Shown: positions 57,373-64,000 of the stretch, one piece after another
Position numbering within the stretch: position 1 is the stretch's first letter
How the letters are laid out: every line of letters starts with the position of its first letter
Source of the DNA: Thermoprotei archaeon
Lineage (GTDB): Archaea; Thermoproteota; Thermoprotei; Gearchaeales; WAQG01
Direction: 5' to 3'
Length of the DNA stretch: 64,000 bases
Assembly (NCBI GenBank): GCA_049976445.1
Contig: JBMFIF010000002.1
Span: 5,115 to 69,114, forward strand
Notes under the pieces: model-generated
What the model was told of the DNA's origin: nothing
The model's database searches: none
What the model saw: only the letters and a program-made list of their open reading frames with translations
Position numbers and translations under genes: made by a program

Positions 57373-58896
57373 ATGGGTAATACTAATGGTTCGAATTCAA
57401 TGGTTAATGCTATAGAATCATTTAAGGGTATTGTAGATAATCCATTGAGTAAGTATTTATTAAGATATTTAACTGGTTATTGTGAGAAGGATCATGAGAA
57501 TCGGTTAGAGGTTGCTCTTGAACTTTACTTAGGAATTAGGAAAGATGCTTGTTTTTCTTGTCGATCAGCTTCTAAGGTTGTTAGTTACATTGTTAAAAAA
57601 GGTGCAAAGAGTTTTGGAGTTAGTGAGGATCAATTAAAAAGTACTATGAAAGATTCGTATTGGAGAAGAGGTCTTATTAGTGTACTTAAAGGTATAGCAT
57701 TTTTTGGTGTTCGCAAGCCGTTTGTACCAGGGGCTCCGTTTCAAGTCGTATGGAATATAACCAAAGCGTGTAATATGAACTGTTTGCATTGTTATGAAAG
57801 CGCTGGCATAAAGGGTAATGATGAACTCACTTCTGAACAAATTCATCAGGGAATAGATATACTTGCTGATGCTGGCGTAACTATCTTAGCGTTTTCTGGA
57901 GGTGAGCCAACAATACATCCTAATATAGTAGAATTCATTAGTCATGCTCACAATAGGGGAATGTACGTAGCTATTGCTACTAATGGTTATGTTTTAGCCA
58001 ATAAGTATGTTATAAGAAAATTAAAGAGTGCAGGTTTAGGATATGTACAGATTAGTCTAGATGGTCTGAATCCAAACACTCATGACTCATTTAGAAGGGT
58101 GAAGGGTGCTTGGGAACATGCTGTTCGTGCAATAAAAAATAGTATTGAGGAAGGATTATTTGTTGAAGTAGCTACTACTGTTACAAAATACAATATTAAT
58201 GAAATACCTGAAATGATTAAGTTTGTCAGAAATCTTAAAGCTAATTGGTTTATGTTATATAATTTTGTCCCTACAGGGCGTGGGAAAGAGATTATAGAAA
58301 GTGATCTTTCACCGAGAGAACGTTTTGATCTTTTAAAATTAGCCTATTCAGAAACAGGTGATGGTGGTTTGCAAGTGCTTTCCACAGCTCCTCAGTATGC
58401 TGCTGTTGCGCAAATGTTTAATAAGAATGGTAAGAATATAATACCAACTCATTTCTATAATCCTGAATATAATGATCCAAAAATACGTCAGTTAGCAGAA
58501 TTTATTGGTGGTTGTGGTGCTGGGAGGTTTTATATATCGATCGAGCCAAATGGAGACATATATCCATGCGTATTCTTTCCACATGTAGATGAAGTAAAAA
58601 TCGGTAATTTGTTAAAAGATGATTTCGAAAAACTTTGGAGGGAACATGAGTTATTATGGAAATTACGAAATAAGGATATTTTAGAAGGATTCTGTGGTAA
58701 ATGTGCGTTTAGATATACATGTGGGGGGTGTCGAGCTCGTGCATATAATTATTTTGGCAACGTATTAGCACCTGACCCAGGATGCATTTTTAATTCTAAA
58801 GAATGGAATAAATTAAGGTCTGAATTGCTTATTAAATATCATGCAGAGGAAACACCAGCAGGTAATATTCTCATAAGAATAAATGATACACCATGA
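57373..58896 (+). CDS. radical SAM enzyme with C-terminal SPASM-type auxiliary cluster domain and about 110-aa Cys-containing N-terminal extension
   Basis: CNMNCLHCY (Cx3Cx2C), SGGEPT. SPASM cysteines CGAG...GDIYPC and [17 protein letters not shown]. The N-terminal region holds C..(22)..CFSC. Confidence 0.8.
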   Translation: MGNTNGSNSMVNAIESFKGIVDNPLSKYLLRYLTGYCEKDHENRLEVALELYLGIRKDACFSCRSASKVVSYIVKKGAKSFGVSEDQLKSTMKDSYWRRGLISVLKGIAFFGVRKPFVPGAPFQVVWNITKACNMNCLHCYESAGIKGNDELTSEQIHQGIDILADAGVTILAFSGGEPTIHPNIVEFISHAHNRGMYVAIATNGYVLANKYVIRKLKSAGLGYVQISLDGLNPNTHDSFRRVKGAWEHAVRAIKNSIEEGLFVEVATTVTKYNINEIPEMIKFVRNLKANWFMLYNFVPTGRGKEIIESDLSPRERFDLLKLAYSETGDGGLQVLSTAPQYAAVAQMFNKNGKNIIPTHFYNPEYNDPKIRQLAEFIGGCGAGRFYISIEPNGDIYPCVFFPHVDEVKIGNLLKDDFEKLWREHELLWKLRNKDILEGFCGKCAFRYTCGGCRARAYNYFGNVLAPDPGCIFNSKEWNKLRSELLIKYHAEETPAGNILIRINDTP

Positions 58897-60341
58897 CGCG
58901 CATTATTCTCATAAATCCTATAGATAGAACTCAGATCACTAATAGGCTTGGACTAAAAGCACCACCACTAAATTTAATGTACCTTGCGTCTGCGCTTGAA
59001 AAAGCTGGATTCTATGTTAAAATTATAGATGCTAATCTTTATAATATACTACCGCATCAAATAGCAAGAGTAATAAAAGGGTTTAGACCTGATATTATTG
59101 GTTTAACAGCTGCAACCGCTACCATAAAAACTGCTTTACATTATGTATCAGAAATCAAAAAGGCTATATCAAACGTATTTACCATAATAGGTGGACCTCA
59201 TGTTACTTTTCTTCCAACAGAAACATTGAATATGTCAAAAGATTTAGATGCGGTAGTTATAGGTGAAGGTGAAGAAACCATCGTCAAGATAGCAGAATCT
59301 TATGAAAAAAGTAATCCGGAATGGCTTTCTAACATAAGAGGAGTGGCTTATAGGATAAAAAATCATGATTCAAGTAAAATAAAAATCACACCCCCAAGGC
59401 CTTTTATTAAAAACTTAGATTTAATACCATTCCCGGCTCGTCATTTAGTACCGTTTAACGAATATAAGCTGTACAACAAGGATACACCCATAGGTAGTAT
59501 GATTACAAGTAGGGGTTGCGTTTTTGCATGTAATTATTGTTCATCCTCGCACCTGATGGGAAGAATGTTTCGAGCACGCAGTTCAAAAAATGTAGTTGAT
59601 GAAATCGAAGAATTAGTATACAAATACAATGTTGATACAATCGAATTTATTGATGATATTTTCACTCTAAACAAAAAACGTGCATTAGAGATTGCTAAGG
59701 AAATACGCTCTAGAAAAATTGATATAAACTTTGTTGCATCATCTAGAGTTGATACTATAAACCGTGAATTATTAACAGAATTAAAAAAAGCTGGGCTTTC
59801 AACAATGTATTATGGTGTAGAATCAGGTTCAGAACGCGTTTTAAAATTAATGAATAAAAGAATCACGTTATCACAAGCGGAAAAAGCCATAAATGAAACT
59901 AAAAACATTGGTGTTAGTACACTAGCATCATTCATACTAGGTTATCCAGGTGAAACTCTTAATGAGATGTGGGCCACTATAAAATTCTCTATAAAACTTA
60001 ACCCAGATTATGCACAATTCTCCATACTCACACCATATCCTGGGACACCAATATACTATGAACTTAAACAAAAAGGATTAATCGCTACAGAAGATTGGGA
60101 TAAATACACAGTATTAGACCCAGTTATAGAATATGAAAAATTAGGATTAAGCAAACACATAGTCTCAAAAATGCTCAGAGAAGCATATTTAAGATTTTAT
60201 CTAAGACCAAGATACTTATTAAAACGAATAACAATGTTAAAGGCTCTAATATATACAATGATCAATACTTATATCTTACCTATTTTTCAACACAAAGACT
60301 CATTAGGTTGGTATAAGGACCTAAGCACTCATCACGATTGA
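58893..60341 (+). CDS. B12-binding-domain radical SAM enzyme (class B, COG1032-like)
   Basis: N-terminal Rossmann-like B12-binding region (IILINP ... [23 protein letters not shown] ... GEGEETI) then [11 protein letters not shown] (Cx3Cx2C). 4-nt overlap with the upstream radical SAM gene. Confidence 0.8.
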   Translation: MTRIILINPIDRTQITNRLGLKAPPLNLMYLASALEKAGFYVKIIDANLYNILPHQIARVIKGFRPDIIGLTAATATIKTALHYVSEIKKAISNVFTIIGGPHVTFLPTETLNMSKDLDAVVIGEGEETIVKIAESYEKSNPEWLSNIRGVAYRIKNHDSSKIKITPPRPFIKNLDLIPFPARHLVPFNEYKLYNKDTPIGSMITSRGCVFACNYCSSSHLMGRMFRARSSKNVVDEIEELVYKYNVDTIEFIDDIFTLNKKRALEIAKEIRSRKIDINFVASSRVDTINRELLTELKKAGLSTMYYGVESGSERVLKLMNKRITLSQAEKAINETKNIGVSTLASFILGYPGETLNEMWATIKFSIKLNPDYAQFSILTPYPGTPIYYELKQKGLIATEDWDKYTVLDPVIEYEKLGLSKHIVSKMLREAYLRFYLRPRYLLKRITMLKALIYTMINTYILPIFQHKDSLGWYKDLSTHHD

Positions 60342-60516
60342 AGACAGAAGATTTTCACTCCTAAAATGCTCACCAATCTGTTGTCACTCCTTTAAACCTT
60401 CATTATAGAAAACTGTTCAAAAATATTACTGATAGAAATTTAATGCTTTTTTACATAATTTTTGTCCCTTAATCTTCATAAAGTGATGATGAATCTTTCA
60501 TCGTTGAGCTTATTTA

Positions 60517-60665
60517 TTGGGTAGTCGAATCATTTTAGGATAAATTTTATACTATCTTAAGAAAAGATGAGTATGGATTGGTTCATACTAACCTGACTCC
60601 ACCACATATTTATCAAGTAGCATTTTTCAAACTACAACACACACAATTATGTAGCAAAGCAAAAC
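60517..60665 (+). mobile_element. repeat DR-B copy 2 fused to a MITE-type right end
   Basis: 60517-60605 matches 55866-55953 (hairpin gtatgga-ttgg-ttcatac with a G-U-compatible change). 60625-60662 caaactacaacacacacaattatgtagcaaagcaaaac resembles the right end of the 12.5-kb MITE. Confidence 0.45.
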
Positions 60666-60738
60666 TTAATTAATCTTTATAAATTGTTTACGATATCTAT
60701 TTATTCATAAAATGATAAATTCTCTTGAGGTGTTTTAA

Positions 60739-62775
60739 TTGAAAATATTACCGTGGATCATTATAGTGATGATCTTAAACTTAATGTTCGTAATGCAAGC
60801 ACCTATTCACGCACAAACGTTACCTCCAAACAGAGCAATAATATTCCCAACACCATTATCACCTGCGGTTGTTTTAGTTGGATCAACATTTAATGTTACA
60901 ATAAATGCGCCTCAAAGTGCATTAAATTGGACAGCCCAAGGATATGGTATTAAACTAGTAAATAATACATTAATATCTTTAAACACGACATTTTACATTA
61001 CCAACACTTATTATAATTCATCAAATAGCCTGTGGATCTTAAGTTTAAACGTACCTGATACTACGATACCCGGACTTTATACGCTTCAGGTTATCTTTCG
61101 TCTCGGTAATTCGATTTTAAAATATGTTCAGGAAAAAAGTGTATGGATTCTTGATAAATGGCCTGATAGGTTACGTATTGCTCAATTTACCGATGTTCAT
61201 ATAGGTGTTCCTGAGGCGATAAGTCTCTTTACTACTGGGATTATTAGTGCTCAACTATTTAATTCAACTGTAGTATTCATAACTGGAGATGATGGTGATA
61301 CTGCGGCTGAATGGCAAGAACTAACTTTTAGGCAGCTTTCATTACTTGCACCCACACTACCAACTTTTGCCATACCTGGAAATCACGATGCTAGAACAAC
61401 AGCCTATGATGATTATGTAGGGCCTCGTCAATACTTCACAAACTTAGGAAAATTCCTTGTAATAGGAATAGATACAGGTGAAAATGGAGCTATATCTTAT
61501 AACACACTACGATGGATGCAACAAGTACTAATGTTATATGGCGATAATAAAGTCAAAATACTCCTTATGCATCATCCCTTATTCAGTACCAAAGTACAAG
61601 GTTATCTCAGCACATCATTATCAAACGTTTCAACATCAATGCTATATTATAGCTGGGCTGCTAACCCTGACATCGCCAAGGCTCTTCTCAAGACTATAGA
61701 AGACTTTAACATCACATTAATCTTAGCTGGCCATGTGCACACAGACAGAATTGTTGTAGTAAATTCAACAGTAACAAAATCACTACACTGGTTTATAACC
61801 ACTACAACAACAGGAGAAGGAAGGCCTGAATATAATGGTTTTAGAATAATTGACATAGATAAAGAAGGCCATGTTAACATACCTTTCATGCCTCCATGGG
61901 GAAAAATCGAACAATATCCGAATAGTATTCCTATAGATAAAACATGGTCACAAGGATACTTAGATGCAAGACTCATATATAATAATAAAAAAATAGTAGT
62001 AACAGTTAACATTACTAATGCTCTAACTTACGTTAATTTAAATTCTGTAATAATACTTAACTCAAACAGTAGTGTTACGTTATCAAACTATAAAACATAT
62101 ACTAACTCTTATGGATCAAGCGCTTCAGCAACATTATTAAGCAGTACAAGTATTGCAGGATTAAACTATTATGCAGTAAAAATAAACGTTCCATCAAGAA
62201 GTGGTATAAGAATAACATTAGCACCATATGATGATACTGATGTACCAACAGGAAAAATAGTATACACATTACCACTTCAACCAGAACCTAATGCCCCAAT
62301 ATCGGTATACATACAAGCATCCGATACAGGCTGGGGTATCTTGAGAGTATATGCAGAATATTTATATCAAAATAAAGAAACTGTTATCGAATCAACATAT
62401 GAACAACCATACTATAAGATAACATTACCAGGATTTCCACCTGGAACAGTTATTAATATTACAATAAAAATTACTGATGTTGCAGGTCATGCTACAACAT
62501 TGACCCTGCCCATAAACTTCGGCATCATATCTACTACATCTACTACGACGTTAACCCTAACTACTACGACCACAACATCAACTACATCAAAAACCACTAC
62601 AACAATCACAACGACCACTACAACTATAACCACCACGAGTACACCATTATTAACAACCACTACAGAGACCTTAATAACGACCAGCCCAGTTAGTATTATT
62701 AATCCATTAACCGTTATAATAATAGCCATAGTAATAGGAGTGATACTATTTGTTATAATTGTCAGACGTAAATAA
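60739..62775 (+). CDS. secreted calcineurin-like metallophosphoesterase with Thr-rich stalk and C-terminal membrane anchor
   Basis: Signal peptide. MPE motifs FTDVHIG, TGDDGD, PGNHD, MHHP, GHVH. About 55-aa Thr/Ser-rich linker then TM IIIAIVIGVILFVIIV-RRK. TTG start. Confidence 0.7.
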   Translation: MKILPWIIIVMILNLMFVMQAPIHAQTLPPNRAIIFPTPLSPAVVLVGSTFNVTINAPQSALNWTAQGYGIKLVNNTLISLNTTFYITNTYYNSSNSLWILSLNVPDTTIPGLYTLQVIFRLGNSILKYVQEKSVWILDKWPDRLRIAQFTDVHIGVPEAISLFTTGIISAQLFNSTVVFITGDDGDTAAEWQELTFRQLSLLAPTLPTFAIPGNHDARTTAYDDYVGPRQYFTNLGKFLVIGIDTGENGAISYNTLRWMQQVLMLYGDNKVKILLMHHPLFSTKVQGYLSTSLSNVSTSMLYYSWAANPDIAKALLKTIEDFNITLILAGHVHTDRIVVVNSTVTKSLHWFITTTTTGEGRPEYNGFRIIDIDKEGHVNIPFMPPWGKIEQYPNSIPIDKTWSQGYLDARLIYNNKKIVVTVNITNALTYVNLNSVIILNSNSSVTLSNYKTYTNSYGSSASATLLSSTSIAGLNYYAVKINVPSRSGIRITLAPYDDTDVPTGKIVYTLPLQPEPNAPISVYIQASDTGWGILRVYAEYLYQNKETVIESTYEQPYYKITLPGFPPGTVINITIKITDVAGHATTLTLPINFGIISTTSTTTLTLTTTTTTSTTSKTTTTITTTTTTITTTSTPLLTTTTETLITTSPVSIINPLTVIIIAIVIGVILFVIIVRRK

Positions 62776-62804
62776 TTATTCTAATTTTTATTTGAAGCGT
62801 TTAC

Positions 62805-63758
62805 TTAAATTATTTTACTAAGAATCATTCCAATAATATAAAAAATACCGAAGAGTAAAGTAAATTTAGATGTTTGTGGTGCAGCAGTATTTGGAATTTG
62901 TTTTGAAAAGCGTTTTATAAGGCTTATTAATTTTGGAAGTGTTAAGAAGATTATAAGTGATGGAATTCCCAAAATGTTAATGATAATGAACAATATAACT
63001 AAAATGAGCGGTGATGTTACTAATATATAGTATAATTTTAATGCATTTTGTTTTCCAATAAGGATTGGTAGTGTCTTTATATTTGAAGATTTATCATATT
63101 CATAATCTCTTATTCCATCAATTAATAATACAGCTGCTACGAGTAATCCTATTGGGAATGAGATTAAAATTGGTTTGAAGGAGATTATTCCGGTTTGTGC
63201 ATAATAAGAACCTAAGAATATTAATGGTCCCCATACTATAAACACGGCTAGCTCTCCTAATCCTTTATACTTGTATTTTAATGGTGGACCAGTGTATTCT
63301 AACGATATTAATGCACCGATCAAGCCTAAAAATAAGATTAAAGGTCTTCTTAAGAGGTATAAAGAAAATCCTGCTAAGACTGCTACAAAAAAGTATCCTA
63401 TTGATATTTTAAGCGTGTGGTGCGGTTTAAAGATGCCTGATATTATAGGATGTGGTCTGTATCTTGTGGTTGGGGCATCGGGCTTATCTACCCCATAAAG
63501 AGTATCAAAATAGTCGTTTATTACATTCGTATAAGCGTGCAGTGAAATAGCACCTATTAAAGTAATTAGATAAATAATTGGATTAAAGATGTTAAGTTCA
63601 TAATAAGCATAAGCAATTCCTGATGTTACGGATGCGATTGTCATAAGGAAACTCCAAGGCCTAGTTATATACACTACATTTATAATAAATTTCCAAAGAT
63701 TATTAAAAGAACTTGGCATTATCATCACTTCTTTACAACAATATAGGAAAAATGACAA
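62805..63758 (-). CDS. UbiA-family (MenA-like) aromatic prenyltransferase
   Basis: NVINDYFDTLYGVD (N/DxxxD with G.D, as in MenA) and DGIRDYEYD second Asp-rich motif. 8-9 TM segments. The true start may be the internal MIMPSS or MPSS. Confidence 0.7.
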   Translation of the reverse strand: MSFFLYCCKEVMIMPSSFNNLWKFIINVVYITRPWSFLMTIASVTSGIAYAYYELNIFNPIIYLITLIGAISLHAYTNVINDYFDTLYGVDKPDAPTTRYRPHPIISGIFKPHHTLKISIGYFFVAVLAGFSLYLLRRPLILFLGLIGALISLEYTGPPLKYKYKGLGELAVFIVWGPLIFLGSYYAQTGIISFKPILISFPIGLLVAAVLLIDGIRDYEYDKSSNIKTLPILIGKQNALKLYYILVTSPLILVILFIIINILGIPSLIIFLTLPKLISLIKRFSKQIPNTAAPQTSKFTLLFGIFYIIGMILSKII

Positions 63759-64000
63759 TAACTAACTCTAGCCAAATGATATGCGTAATCATTGATGGTA
63801 TAATACCAAATTGATAAGCTACGTATCCTGTGACTAATCCTACTATTAACGCTGCTATTACTAATATATAATTAAAAGTGGCTATGTGAACCATCGAATA
63901 GTAAATCGATGATAAAATCCATGGATATTGTACATTATTAATGAATATGCCTTGGATAAATCCTCTCCAATAGATTTCTTCCATTATGCCTATTATTATT
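63733..64000 (-). CDS. CPBP (CAAX-type) intramembrane protease, partial (N-terminus beyond window end)
   Basis: EEIYWRGF (EExxxR motif 1), VHIATF (motif 2 His), THIIWLE (motif 3 His). The reading frame stays open to the window edge. Confidence 0.55.
   Translation of the reverse strand, partial: IIIGIMEEIYWRGFIQGIFINNVQYPWILSSIYYSMVHIATFNYILVIAALIVGLVTGYVAYQFGIIPSMITHIIWLELVIVIFPILL

Noticed and set aside
57385-57400. ggttcgaattc, resembling a tRNA T-arm (GGTTCGAAT)
   Set aside because: It lies inside the radical SAM coding sequence with no acceptor or anticodon stems around it. No other T-loop-like sequence with cloverleaf context was seen, so no tRNA is called in this window.
62487-62729. 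80-aa poly-Val ORF on the minus strand
   Set aside because: It is the antisense reading of the Thr-rich (ACN) stalk of the metallophosphoesterase, so it is a compositional artefact.

Overview
AT-rich archaeal chromosomal window (about one third GC by eye). It is densely coding, and operon-internal genes carry strong GGAGGTG-type Shine-Dalgarno sites. All family calls come from motifs I recognise in the supplied translations; no database search was run. The gene content points to a TACK/crenarchaeote-type, probably acidophilic organism: Cdv/ESCRT-III plus Vps4, Hjc, S25e, topoisomerase VI, a G1 glutamic peptidase, and Thr-rich stalks on surface proteins. Layout: (i) 0.5-4.3 kb is a cdv locus of ESCRT-III paralog, CdvB with winged helix and CdvC/Vps4. 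No cdvA is adjacent, and an EndoIII-like Fe-S-loop pseudoenzyme follows. (ii) 4.5-21.7 kb is housekeeping: M48 protease, AsnRS, PiT/DUF47, CDC48, IleRS, S25e, Hjc, a Thg1-like protein, a beta-CASP nuclease, plus an Mrr-like nuclease and an HprK/PEPCK-like P-loop protein. (iii) 22.4-25.3 kb is a four-subunit 2-oxoacid:ferredoxin oxidoreductase operon. (iv) 25.3-26.7 kb is a small insertion carrying a tnpB 3' remnant and a HEPN-MNT pair, followed by a displaced ghost of the porB 3' end. (v) 27-37.8 kb is a cobamide uptake and salvage island: cobT-like, btuFCD-like, cobD, cbiB, cbiZ-cobZ fusion, cobS and cobY. (vi) 37.8-40.6 kb is a degraded accessory islet bounded by about 100-nt direct repeats. 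(vii) 40.5-55.8 kb holds a decaying sugar ABC transporter, a dehydrogenase, a MacB-type ABC transporter wrapped around a 1192-aa repeat surface protein, topo VI, and a GH3/beta-lactamase-fold pair. (viii) 55.9-60.6 kb is a TetR-controlled pair of radical SAM enzymes (SPASM type and B12-binding type) bounded by about 88-nt direct repeats. (ix) 60.7-64 kb holds a surface metallophosphoesterase, a UbiA prenyltransferase and a partial CPBP protease. I found no tRNA, rRNA or CRISPR array. The observations I consider most worth following up are: two independent genes (porB, PiT) whose conserved N-termini can only be translated from an ATT codon 6 nt after a consensus SD; the repeat-bounded radical SAM cassette, which may be tetraether-lipid related; the ABC/giant surface protein module; a twin palindromic operator in the B12 island; and a family of GC-rich IS200/IS605 right-end (tnpB tail) relics at 8 or more loci that bracket the accessory segments.
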